From: Candidatus Kapaibacterium sp.
GTDB taxonomy: Bacteria > Bacteroidota > Ignavibacteria > Kapaibacteriales > UBA2268
Assembly (NCBI GenBank): GCA_963665665.1
Contig: OY762428.1
Coordinates: 3,168,001-3,232,000, forward strand
Reading direction: 5' to 3'
Length of the DNA stretch: 64,000 nucleotides
Below, in pieces: positions 41,395 through 50,858 of the stretch (the first letter of the stretch is position 1; every line of letters starts with the position of its first letter). Under the pieces are notes generated by a model. The model did no database searches. It saw only the letters and a program-made list of their open reading frames with translations, and was not told the origin of the DNA. The position numbers were made by a program, and so were the translations under genes.

Positions 41395-42630
41395 ATGATG
41401 GCTGACAAAAAGTATGAAACCCCGATGCTGGACGAACTCGAAAAGGGGGGATGGCCAAGTTTCATAACCGAAATTAAATTGGCTGCTGAAACGAATGCCA
41501 TGTCCAACGACCTCCTTGGATTGCTCGAACAGTCCTACGACGAGGGAATTGGCCACTGGAAACATGGCGGTATTGTTGGCGTTATGGGCTATGGCGGCGG
41601 TGTAATTGGCCGTTATACAGACCTGGCCGAGAAATACCCGAATATTTCTCACTTCCATACGATGCGTATTAATCAGCCCGCCGGCTGGTATTATACCGCA
41701 GACGTTTTAGATAAAATATGTGATGTTTGGGACGAACACGGTTCCGGGCTTACAAACATGCACGGTTCCACTGGTGATATCGTTTTACTTGGTACGACAA
41801 CAGACAATCTGGAACCAACATTCCAGAAATTAGCGCAGATGGGTTTTGACCTTGGCGGTTCAGGTTCAAATGTTAGAACTCCGAGCTGCTGCTGTGGTAA
41901 ATCACGCTGCGAATGGGCATGCTATGATACAATGGCACTGACTCACTATATTACTAATAAATACCAGGATGAGCTTCACAGGCCTCAGTTCCCGTACAAA
42001 TTTAAATTTAAAATGTCCGGTTGCCCGAACGACTGCGTAGCATCAGTTGCAAGATCCGATATGTCTATTATCGGTACATGGCGCGATGAAATCCAGGTTG
42101 ATGAAGCAGCCGTTCTTGAATATGCTAATAACGGCACGGATATTTTCCACGAAATAGTACTTAATTGCCCCGGTAAATGTATGCATTGGGACGGTAAGAA
42201 ACTTGATATTGATAATTCAAGCTGCCGCCACTGTATGCACTGTATCAATGTGATGCCAAAAGCACTTGCACCAGGCAAAGACCGCGGTGCTACAATTCTT
42301 ATGGGTGCAAAGGCTCCTATTATCGAAGGCGCTCTCTTGTCATCAGTATTTATTCCCTTCCTGAAAATCGAAGAACCATTTGATGATATAATGGTTAACG
42401 AAGAAATGACTCTTTGGGATATGGTCGATAATATTTGGGACATCTGGTCGGACGAAGGTAAGAACCGCGAAAGAGTCGGCGAATTCATTCAAAGAGTCGG
42501 CTTAGGTAACTTCCTGGAAGAAATCGGACTTGACCCGACGCCTGAAATGGTTGCTCATCCGAGAGAAAACCCGTATATCTTCTACGAAGATTATTTCGAA
42601 GAAGGCGACGAGGACGAGGAAGAAGAATAA
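41395..42630 (+). CDS. dsrA: Dissimilatory sulfite reductase alpha subunit
   Basis: TPMLDELEKG.WPSF, HWKHGGIVGV.GYGGGVIGRY, CX5C and GCPNDC siroheme-[4Fe-4S] sites, ERVGE. Confidence 0.98.
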   Translation: MMADKKYETPMLDELEKGGWPSFITEIKLAAETNAMSNDLLGLLEQSYDEGIGHWKHGGIVGVMGYGGGVIGRYTDLAEKYPNISHFHTMRINQPAGWYYTADVLDKICDVWDEHGSGLTNMHGSTGDIVLLGTTTDNLEPTFQKLAQMGFDLGGSGSNVRTPSCCCGKSRCEWACYDTMALTHYITNKYQDELHRPQFPYKFKFKMSGCPNDCVASVARSDMSIIGTWRDEIQVDEAAVLEYANNGTDIFHEIVLNCPGKCMHWDGKKLDIDNSSCRHCMHCINVMPKALAPGKDRGATILMGAKAPIIEGALLSSVFIPFLKIEEPFDDIMVNEEMTLWDMVDNIWDIWSDEGKNRERVGEFIQRVGLGNFLEEIGLDPTPEMVAHPRENPYIFYEDYFEEGDEDEEEE

Positions 42631-42689
42631 TTTTAAGAAAATTGTTTTTAAAATAACTAAACAACAACAATTTTAAAGGAAGTAATAAA

Positions 42690-43775
42690 ATGGCAGAAGA
42701 TAAACCGAAAAGAATTACCGATATCGGGCCGCCCCATTATGAACAATTTTTGCCGCCCATTATAAAAGAAAATTACGGTAAATGGAAATATCATGAAATT
42801 CCAAGAGCCGGTGTTCTTGTTCACACTGCAGACAATGGTGATAAATTATATTCTGTTCGCGCAGCTACACCACGTATTTTAAGTACTGCAAAAATTCGTA
42901 TGATCACAGGCCTGGCACGTAAATATTGTGACGGGTATCTAAGATTTACATCACGTCATAATATTGAATTCCTTCTTACAAAAGAAGAAAATATCGATCC
43001 GCTTATTGCAGAACTTAAAAAACTCGGGCATCCGGTTGGCGGTACAGGAAATTCCATTTCCAGTATCGTACATACACAGGGCTGGGTACACTGCCACTCG
43101 GCAGCCACTGATGCTTCAGGTATCGTTAAATCTGTTATGGATGACCTTGTAGACCACTTCGAAAATATGGATCTTCCTGCAAAGATCAGAATCGCCCTGG
43201 CATGCTGCCTGAATATGTGCGGTGCTGTTCACTGTTCGGATATTGCTATTCTTGGTGTTCACAGGCGTCCGCCCCAGATTAACCACAATACACTTAACAA
43301 ACAGTGTGAAATTCCTAACCTGGTAGCTTCGTGCCCTACAGCTGCAATTAAACCTACAACAACACCCGATGGTAAACCGTCTGTGGAAGTTAATGACGAG
43401 TTGTGTATGTTCTGTGCAAACTGCTATACTGTTTGTCCGTCCATGCCTCTTGCCGATCCGCTGAATGACGGCGTTTCTATATGGGTTGGCGGTAAGGTAT
43501 CCAATGCAAGGACAGAACCGCAGTTCTCGAAACTCGCTATACCGTTTATCCCGAACGAGCCGCCGCGCTGGCCAAGTGTTGTGAAGGCAGTTCATACTAT
43601 TGTTGATGTATGGTCCAAAAATGCTCACAAGCACGAACGTATTGGCGAATGGATCGACAGAATCGGATGGAAGAAATTCTTTGATATGACTGGTATCGAG
43701 TTCGAAAAAGAACATATTGACGACTTCAAACATGCCGGGCTTACATTCAAGCGTTCGGCACACATGACTTACTAA
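42690..43775 (+). CDS. dsrB: Dissimilatory sulfite reductase beta subunit
   Basis: [56 protein letters not shown]. Confidence 0.98.
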   Translation: MAEDKPKRITDIGPPHYEQFLPPIIKENYGKWKYHEIPRAGVLVHTADNGDKLYSVRAATPRILSTAKIRMITGLARKYCDGYLRFTSRHNIEFLLTKEENIDPLIAELKKLGHPVGGTGNSISSIVHTQGWVHCHSAATDASGIVKSVMDDLVDHFENMDLPAKIRIALACCLNMCGAVHCSDIAILGVHRRPPQINHNTLNKQCEIPNLVASCPTAAIKPTTTPDGKPSVEVNDELCMFCANCYTVCPSMPLADPLNDGVSIWVGGKVSNARTEPQFSKLAIPFIPNEPPRWPSVVKAVHTIVDVWSKNAHKHERIGEWIDRIGWKKFFDMTGIEFEKEHIDDFKHAGLTFKRSAHMTY

Positions 43776-43791
43776 TATTTAGGAGGCTATA

Positions 43792-44049
43792 ATGGCTGAT
43801 ATGGTTGCAGTAGAAGAAGTCGCTGAAGCTATGTATAAGATGATAAAAGACACTATGGGTATGAAAAAATGGAAAGCTCCTGATTTACACAAAGCATGTC
43901 TGGAGATTTACGGGCCTGACGGCTATAACAAGAGAAAAAATGGCAAGTTAGCCATTCAGCAACTTGTTGACTCAGGACGCCTGGTTTATACCTACTTTGG
44001 TGGTTCTTATCTTGAAATACCACACGCTGAAGGCGCTTCGAACGATTAG
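43792..44049 (+). CDS. dsrD: DsrD (winged-helix DsrAB activator)
   Basis: 85 aa directly after dsrB; K.AI..LVDSGRLVYTYFGGSY motif. Confidence 0.8.
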   Translation: MADMVAVEEVAEAMYKMIKDTMGMKKWKAPDLHKACLEIYGPDGYNKRKNGKLAIQQLVDSGRLVYTYFGGSYLEIPHAEGASND

Positions 44050-44079
44050 TCGTTTGTTCTTTGCTTTATAAATATCTTT

Positions 44080-44109
44080 GGATGCCTGCCTTTGTAAAGG
44101 CGGGCATCC
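44080..44109 (+). other. Strong hairpin without U-tract after dsrD
   Basis: ggatgcctgccttt-gt-aaaggcgggcatcc. Confidence 0.7.
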
Positions 44110-44153
44110 GGGATAATAATAATCCGGAATTCAGAAGGAATAAGGAATTATAC

Positions 44154-45542
44154 TTGAAATTACCAAGATTGATTGTTGCCGGCCTTGCAGGCGACTCCGG
44201 AAAAACCATTGTAAGCTGCGGATTGCTGAAAGCAATGTCTGAAATGGGAATGAATTGCGGCCCGTTTAAAAAAGGGCCTGATTACATTGATCCCGAATGG
44301 CTGCAAATAGCTTCCGGAAATACGTGCAGGAATCTTGATACCTGGATGATGGGCAAAGAAAAAACATTGAGTTCTTTTACAAATAACGCTATCAGGTTTG
44401 ATATTAACCTGATTGAAGGAAATCGCGGCCTTTTTGACGGTTTTGACAAACACGGTACTCACAGTACTGCGGAGCTTGCTAAATTACTAAAAGCTCCCGT
44501 AATTTTATCGATAACCGTGAAAAAGGTTACGAGAACGGTCTCTGCTTATGTTCTCGGATGCAAAATGCTTGACCCTGATCTGAATATCGCGGGTGTGATA
44601 CTTAACCAGGTGTCCAACAAAAGGCAGAAGGAACTACTAAAATGCGCGATAGAAGATGATACGGGAGTGCCGGTTCTGGGAACAATTCCCAGGTTTGGCA
44701 ACACTGATATACTTCCTTCAAGGCATCTCGGGCTTGTTACTCCGGGAGAATTTGACCTTTCGAACGATACTATGGCGCAAGTTGGCAAATTGATTGCCGA
44801 TAACTGCGATATGGAAAGAATTATTGAAATTGCAGGCAAGGCTCCTGATATCAATGGAAATGAATCGGCACCGGAAATTAAGAACGAGAGGACAAATGTT
44901 AAGATAGGATATTTCTATGACAGGGCATATTCCTTCTACTACAAAGAAAACCTTGAAGCTCTTGAAAAGCAGGGAGCCGAAATGATGAAAATATCATCCC
45001 TTGATGAGAAGAAATTGCCGGATATCGACGGTTTATATATTGGCGGCGGGTTTCCGGAAACGAACATTGAAAAATTAAGTAAAAACCATGGAATGCTTGA
45101 TTCCGTTAAATTTGCTGCTGGTAAAGGTATGCCAATTTACGGGGAATGCGGCGGGCTGATGTATCTTTGCAGGTCAATAGAAATTGACGGCAGTGTATAT
45201 CCTTTGGCCGATATATTTAATGCCGAATTGAAAATGAGCAGAAAACCCGAAGGGCATGGTTATATGGAGATTATATCCGACAAAGAAAACGGCTGGTTCG
45301 AAAAAAATAAGATAGTAAAAGGACATGAATTCCATTATTCTTATATTGCTGACCGTGGCGATATTGAAACATGTATGGAAGTGAAAAGGGGCAAGGGTAC
45401 GTTTGATAAAAGGGACGGCATGATCTATAAGAATACTTTCGCGGCTTATTTACATCTTCATGCAATTGCTACACCGGCCTGGGCGGAAACATTTGTCAGG
45501 CTGGCGGTAAAGTATAAAAATCAAAAAGATAATGTTTCCTGA
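44154..45542 (+). CDS. dsrN: Siroheme amidase (CbiA/CobB-like)
   Basis: AGLAGDSGKT, FKKGPDYID, IEGNRGLFDG, RHLGL, YGECGG, GHEFHYS; probable TTG start after AAGGA. Confidence 0.9.
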   Translation: MKLPRLIVAGLAGDSGKTIVSCGLLKAMSEMGMNCGPFKKGPDYIDPEWLQIASGNTCRNLDTWMMGKEKTLSSFTNNAIRFDINLIEGNRGLFDGFDKHGTHSTAELAKLLKAPVILSITVKKVTRTVSAYVLGCKMLDPDLNIAGVILNQVSNKRQKELLKCAIEDDTGVPVLGTIPRFGNTDILPSRHLGLVTPGEFDLSNDTMAQVGKLIADNCDMERIIEIAGKAPDINGNESAPEIKNERTNVKIGYFYDRAYSFYYKENLEALEKQGAEMMKISSLDEKKLPDIDGLYIGGGFPETNIEKLSKNHGMLDSVKFAAGKGMPIYGECGGLMYLCRSIEIDGSVYPLADIFNAELKMSRKPEGHGYMEIISDKENGWFEKNKIVKGHEFHYSYIADRGDIETCMEVKRGKGTFDKRDGMIYKNTFAAYLHLHAIATPAWAETFVRLAVKYKNQKDNVS

Positions 45543-45573
45543 TTTTATTTATTAATATATTGGAGAATACACT

Positions 45574-46011
45574 ATGGGTACCCAAAAAGAAGCTATTGAA
45601 AATCTCGTTGCACTCATGAAAGAATGGCAGACCATTGAGGATGCTTCCATAGCAAATACTACCGAAATTATCAAAAAATCTGATAATCCGCTTATACATA
45701 TCGTAATGGAAATTATCAGGCAGGATTCTGCAATGCACCGCAGGGTTCAGCAGTTGATAATCGACCATTTCGAGAACAAGGCTATCACTCTTTCTCCCGA
45801 TGAACTTGTAGACTTCTGGGATCTGGTGGAAGAGCATGATGAAATTGAACAGAAAACAATTAAATTGGCTGAAAAAGCATTGACAACAACTAATTCTCCG
45901 CTGGCTCAGTACCTGCTTGAATATCTTCTGACCGATGAGAAGAAACATGATAAGCTTCTCGACGAAATGGCAAAGATCAAAAAAGGTATGACGCCTTACG
46001 GTGGATTTTAA
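45574..46011 (+). CDS. Ferritin-like four-helix-bundle protein
   Basis: Duplicated helix pairs E...DSAMH and E...DEKKH; GGAGA RBS. Confidence 0.75.
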   Translation: MGTQKEAIENLVALMKEWQTIEDASIANTTEIIKKSDNPLIHIVMEIIRQDSAMHRRVQQLIIDHFENKAITLSPDELVDFWDLVEEHDEIEQKTIKLAEKALTTTNSPLAQYLLEYLLTDEKKHDKLLDEMAKIKKGMTPYGGF

Positions 46012-46059
46012 TAAAGGTTGACAAAATGAAACATAAGGTTTCGAAAGGAGAAAATAGAA

Positions 46060-47817
46060 TTGGCAAAATTAGTTAAAAAGAAAAAGAAAAAAGGGTTGCG
46101 TGCCAGATCCGGCTTTGGTGGCGGCGGTAGTGGCGGCGGAGCACAGGAAACCTCGCCGTTTCGCCCTAAACATACACCGAAAACCCCTCCTTGCATGGGG
46201 AATTGTCCGAGCGGTACAAAGATACGTGAAATTATCATGACAATTGCCCAGACAGAAGACGCGGGGCGTACTTATGAAGAATCATATAACCAGGCTCTGG
46301 AAATGCTGCTCGAAAAGAACCCGTTCCCGGCAGTTTGCGGAAGGGTTTGTCCTCATCCCTGCGAATCAGGATGTAACCGCCAGTATAAGCAGGGCGAGGG
46401 AGAAGGGGCAGTATCAATTAACAATATTGAAAGATTTCTTGGCGACTGGGCTATTGAGCACAATGTGCCTGTACCAAAATTATCTGATGAATCTTTTGAT
46501 GAAAAAATTGCTATTATCGGTGCCGGTCCCGCCGGGCTGTCGGCAGCTTATCAGTTAGCACGCAAAGGATATAAAAATATTACCGTATTCGAAGCATTTA
46601 GCAAGGGTGGCGGTATGATGCGCTATGGAATTCCTGATTACAGGCTTCCCGGCGATGTTCTTGATAATGAAATAAAAAGAATTACCGATCTTGGCGTTGA
46701 AATAAAATACAATACCATTATTGGTAAAGATATTGAGTACACAAAACTCCAGGAAGAATACGATGCAATCTTTGTTGGTATCGGTGCCCACAGGGGCAGG
46801 CTTCTTGGAATTGATGGCGAGAATGCGCCAAATGTATGGACCGGAACAGAATTTCTGAATAAGATAAATTCGGGCGAAACAATTGATGTAGGTGATAAAG
46901 TTCTGGTAATTGGCGGTGGTGATACTGCTATTGATGCTGCTCGTATTTCGCGCAGGCTTGGCGCCGAAGTTACCATAGTTTATCGTCGTACAAGAAATGA
47001 AATGCCCGCAATCGAAGAAGAAATTGTCGGCGCTGAAGAAGAAGACGTTGAATTCCACTTCCTTGCTGCTCCTGTAGAGTTTGCAATGGACGGAGAGAAC
47101 GTAAAATCAATGAAATGCCAGCAGATGGAACTTGGTGAACCCGATGCATCAGGCAGGCGGCGTCCCGTTCCTATCGAAGGTGAATACTTTGATATAGAAG
47201 CCACTACAGTTATTGCTGCTATAAGCCAGGAACCTGACTTTGACGGCCTTGATATGCTTCACGAAGGCCGCGACTGGGTGAAAGCTGATGATAAATTCAA
47301 GGCCCCGCAGGAAAAAACTTATGCCGGCGGTGATGCTTTGGATCTTGGCCTTGTTACTGTTGCAATTTTCCAGGGCAGGATGGCTGCTGATACTATGCAT
47401 AAAAACTTCCGTGGTATCGAACCGGAACCGCTTCCGGAATCTGAAGTGGTTACAAAAGATCAGATAGTATTCAGCTATTACATGGAAAAAGCACGCCACG
47501 AAGCTGAACACCTTCCTCCTTCGGAAAGACTGAAAAGCCTTGAGAAGGAAATCGAATGTACCTTTACAGAAGAAGAGCTTATTGACGAAACCAAACGCTG
47601 CATGAGCTGCGGTTCATGCTTTGATTGCGGAACCTGCTGGAGCCTTTGTCAGGACCAGGTATTTGTTAAGCCGCCTTTGAAAACATTCGAGCCTTACAAA
47701 ATGAAACTTGACCTTTGCAAGGGCTGCAACAAATGTGCTGAAAGTTGCCCCTGCGGATATATTGAAATGATCCACCCGATTACGGGCGAAAAAGCAAAAA
47801 TTGAAAGAGTGAAATAA
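46060..47817 (+). CDS. dsrL: DsrL NAD(P)H:acceptor oxidoreductase (DsrL-2-like)
   Basis: SP.RP...KTPPC...CP, CGRVCPHPCE, GAGPAG, GGGDTA.D, YRR, C-terminal RCMSCGSCFDC and CKGCNKCAESCPCG; TTG start after AAGGAG. Confidence 0.9.
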   Translation: MAKLVKKKKKKGLRARSGFGGGGSGGGAQETSPFRPKHTPKTPPCMGNCPSGTKIREIIMTIAQTEDAGRTYEESYNQALEMLLEKNPFPAVCGRVCPHPCESGCNRQYKQGEGEGAVSINNIERFLGDWAIEHNVPVPKLSDESFDEKIAIIGAGPAGLSAAYQLARKGYKNITVFEAFSKGGGMMRYGIPDYRLPGDVLDNEIKRITDLGVEIKYNTIIGKDIEYTKLQEEYDAIFVGIGAHRGRLLGIDGENAPNVWTGTEFLNKINSGETIDVGDKVLVIGGGDTAIDAARISRRLGAEVTIVYRRTRNEMPAIEEEIVGAEEEDVEFHFLAAPVEFAMDGENVKSMKCQQMELGEPDASGRRRPVPIEGEYFDIEATTVIAAISQEPDFDGLDMLHEGRDWVKADDKFKAPQEKTYAGGDALDLGLVTVAIFQGRMAADTMHKNFRGIEPEPLPESEVVTKDQIVFSYYMEKARHEAEHLPPSERLKSLEKEIECTFTEEELIDETKRCMSCGSCFDCGTCWSLCQDQVFVKPPLKTFEPYKMKLDLCKGCNKCAESCPCGYIEMIHPITGEKAKIERVK

Positions 47818-47866
47818 TTTTAAGATTTTTTTTATAACCTTTTTTTTAACAACATTGGGAGATAAC

Positions 47867-48184
47867 ATGCCAGTATTTGAATTTGAAAATGTTAAAATCG
47901 AAGTCGACGAAGACGGTTTCATGGAAAACCCGGAAGAATGGAATGAAGATGTAGCCAAAGCTTTGGCAACAACTGAAGATGTTAATGATCTTACTGAAGA
48001 ACATTGGAAACTTATTAACTATCTTCGTGATTACTACCAGAAATACGGGATTGCACCTATGATCCGTAAACTTTGCAAAGAAACAGGATTCCCGCTGAAA
48101 AAAGTTTATGAACTTTTCCCATCAGGACCTGCCAAGGGTGCTTGTAAAGTTGCCGGACTTGCCAAACCTACCGGTTGCGTTTAA
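47867..48184 (+). CDS. dsrC: DsrC sulfur carrier with both C-terminal Cys
   Basis: VDEDGF, LTEEHW, LFPSGPAKGACKVAGLAKPTGCV (CX10C). Confidence 0.96.
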   Translation: MPVFEFENVKIEVDEDGFMENPEEWNEDVAKALATTEDVNDLTEEHWKLINYLRDYYQKYGIAPMIRKLCKETGFPLKKVYELFPSGPAKGACKVAGLAKPTGCV

Positions 48185-48200
48185 TCTTAACGCTTTTATT

Positions 48201-48244
48201 AAAACCGCCACCTCTGATTTATGTATCGGAGGTGGTTTTTTTTT
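48201..48244 (+). terminator. Terminator after dsrC
   Basis: ccacctctga...tcggaggtgg plus T-run. Confidence 0.75.
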
Positions 48245-48308
48245 ATATAAAATTTAAGTATATTATATTTTATAAATGTAAATACTATCTCAGATCTTAG
48301 GCGGAGCA

Positions 48309-50057
48309 ATGAATAATAATACAAGTAAAAAAAATACAAGTAAAAAATTTAAAGATGATTTTTATAATCTTATTCCATTCAATGTTGCAATAATTGACAA
48401 AAAATTCAATGTAATAGATGCAAACCGGAACTTTATAAATACTTTTGGAGAATTTACAGAAAAGAAATGCTTTCAGATTTGTAAAAAGTCTGAGAAAAAG
48501 TGTTCTTTTTGCAGGATCGAGGAGGTTTTTAAAACAGGTAAATCATTGGTCGCCAACGAAACTGTTTTCGATTCTGATGGTGATTCTATTGAAACTCTCG
48601 TTTATTTTTCACCTGTAAAGAATGAAGAGGGCCGGGTAACAGAAGTTATTGAAATGTCGTACAGGATAGTTGATTCAACCCAATGGCAAAGAGATTACAA
48701 TATTCTGTTCGAAAGAGTACCAAACTATATAACAATTATTGATAAAAATTTTAAAATCGTAAGGGCAAACAAAAAATTCAGGGATACTTTCGGCGAAGCA
48801 CGCGGCCAGCATTGCTACAAAGTATATAAGAACAGGCGTACCCCCTGCAAAAAATGCCCTGCCGCTCATACATTCAGGGATGGTTATGATCATTCCTCGG
48901 CAGAAGTTGGAATCAGCATGGGTGGGGATAATGTGCATTACATGGTTACAACAACGCCAATCGTAAAAAATGACAAGGGTGTTGAACTTGTAATGGAAAT
49001 ATGCAGTGATATTACAGAACTGAATGAACTTGAAAACCAGCTCAGGCAGGCCCATGACTTTTATGCCCGGCTTATTAAAAATTCAGAGGACGGTATTATT
49101 GGTATTGACCAAAAGGGAAAAGTCCAGATATTTAATGATTCTGCCAAAAAAATACTTGACTGGCCTTTCAATCGAAAACCTGTTCTTGCAAGGATAAAGG
49201 AAATGTTCCCCGACGAAATATTTTATCCCTCATCGGATAATGGTACTGTAATATCGCCAGGAGAAGGAAAGATAAAAAATTTCAATGGAAAAGATATACC
49301 TGTCAGGTTAAATGTGATTGAAATAAAAGCTAAGAAAAATGTTCTGGGAAGAGCCGTTTTTATCAGGGATATGCGGGAAATTAAAAATCTTGAAATTAAA
49401 AATTACGAAGCCGAGAATTTGAACGAGCAATCAATGGGTATGTCGCTATTGAATACATCTGTACTTAATGTGATGGACAGTTATGAAAATAAAATATCAT
49501 CACTATTATCTTCAGATGTCAGCCAGTCTGCTAAAGAAAATAATATAAAATCAATAATTGATTCCGCTAAAATAGAAATTAAAAGACTTATGAATAAGTC
49601 CAAAGAGGAATCACTCGGAATGAAAATAATCAGCCCTAATGATTTTATTATTGATTTTGCTAACGAGCATTATACCGGAAAAGCCGATTTAAAATTTAAT
49701 CCCGGAGAAACAAAACCCCGGCCGATAATTATTGAACCGGATGAAGTCAGGGAATGCCTTAATTTGCTGTGTAATATTCTGTGGAGCAATTCCTCTTCAC
49801 CGCATTTTGTACCTGTTATCAATTGCTATGTATCGGATATGGACAATGAGAATCTTGAACTTCAGCTTATGATAGATTCTGAATATATTAAATCCATACC
49901 CCTGGATAGTTTCGAGCTTATTGACGCCAGGAAAATAATCCGTAATCATGGTGGTAATATTAATATTAACATCCATAATGATTCTTTTTCTTTCATTCTG
50001 GAACTTAACCGTCCGCGTTTGGAATTAATTGCAGAGCAAAGAATGAATATAGGCTGA
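48309..50057 (+). CDS. Three-PAS sensor with Cys-rich PAS domains and a degenerate histidine-kinase C-terminus
   Basis: Three PAS units; CFQIC...CSFC and CYKVY...CKKC; no H-box His; eroded HATPase remnant (RKIIRNHGGNI). Confidence 0.75.
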   Translation: MNNNTSKKNTSKKFKDDFYNLIPFNVAIIDKKFNVIDANRNFINTFGEFTEKKCFQICKKSEKKCSFCRIEEVFKTGKSLVANETVFDSDGDSIETLVYFSPVKNEEGRVTEVIEMSYRIVDSTQWQRDYNILFERVPNYITIIDKNFKIVRANKKFRDTFGEARGQHCYKVYKNRRTPCKKCPAAHTFRDGYDHSSAEVGISMGGDNVHYMVTTTPIVKNDKGVELVMEICSDITELNELENQLRQAHDFYARLIKNSEDGIIGIDQKGKVQIFNDSAKKILDWPFNRKPVLARIKEMFPDEIFYPSSDNGTVISPGEGKIKNFNGKDIPVRLNVIEIKAKKNVLGRAVFIRDMREIKNLEIKNYEAENLNEQSMGMSLLNTSVLNVMDSYENKISSLLSSDVSQSAKENNIKSIIDSAKIEIKRLMNKSKEESLGMKIISPNDFIIDFANEHYTGKADLKFNPGETKPRPIIIEPDEVRECLNLLCNILWSNSSSPHFVPVINCYVSDMDNENLELQLMIDSEYIKSIPLDSFELIDARKIIRNHGGNININIHNDSFSFILELNRPRLELIAEQRMNIG

Positions 50058-50294
50058 TTAAGTTAGAATATTTATCTTTCATTTAAAACCAAGAGTCAGA
50101 CAAGCTAAGGCTTGTGCAACAATTCGAACACAAAAAATAAAAATAATAGGCCTCACGGTTGTTGAAGTCATACTTTTATGTTTATTTATAGTTTGATAAT
50201 AAACCTTAAATGCTTGTATGGTATTGGGAAAGACGGTTTAGGCTAATTAAATATTTAGGGCGGATTAAACATCTGCTTTCGGGGGTAAAAGAAC

Positions 50295-50822
50295 ATGAGA
50301 GTAAAAGAAATTCTGGCTTCCAATAAGGGGGCAATAATAGAGAAATGGTTTGAATCCGAGATTGAATTGTATCCTGAAGAAAGTAAGAAATACTTTATCA
50401 GGATGAATAATAAATTTGGTAATCCTGTAGGAGCAAACACTTACAAGTATATAACCCGGATATTTAATGCTTTGGCCGAGGAAAAATACCAGGATACCGA
50501 AAAACCTCTGTCTGATTTGATGCATATAAGGGCTGTACAGGAAATCCGGCCTTCAGTTTCAGCAGGATTGTTCCTGAGGCTGAAAAATATTGTTTCGGAA
50601 TATTTGTCAGCCGGCAGCAAGAAAATCAATGACCTTAAAGATTGGGAGAGTGCATCGGATGAGCTTACGTTAAAAGCTTTTGACAGTTATTTATCATGCC
50701 GCGAGAGACTCTACGAAATAAAAGCTAATGAGATTAAGAACAGAACATTCAGAATGATTGACCGATTGAGCAGGAAATACGACAAGATAGCCCTGGAAGA
50801 AGGCGGTGAAGAAGTAAATTAA
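50295..50822 (+). CDS. dsrT: DsrT (RsbRD N-terminal-like)
   Basis: FGNPVG, HIRAVQE..PS, AFDSYLSCRERLYEIKANE; directly upstream of dsrM. Confidence 0.9.
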   Translation: MRVKEILASNKGAIIEKWFESEIELYPEESKKYFIRMNNKFGNPVGANTYKYITRIFNALAEEKYQDTEKPLSDLMHIRAVQEIRPSVSAGLFLRLKNIVSEYLSAGSKKINDLKDWESASDELTLKAFDSYLSCRERLYEIKANEIKNRTFRMIDRLSRKYDKIALEEGGEEVN

Positions 50823-50858
50823 TACCTGTATAAATAATTAATAATAAGGGTTGTGCCC

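Noticed and set aside
50149-50244. Long imperfect hairpin upstream of dsrT
   Set aside because: Only short AT-rich helices (gtcatac/gtatggt, gtttat/ataaac); needs a folding z-score before it can be claimed
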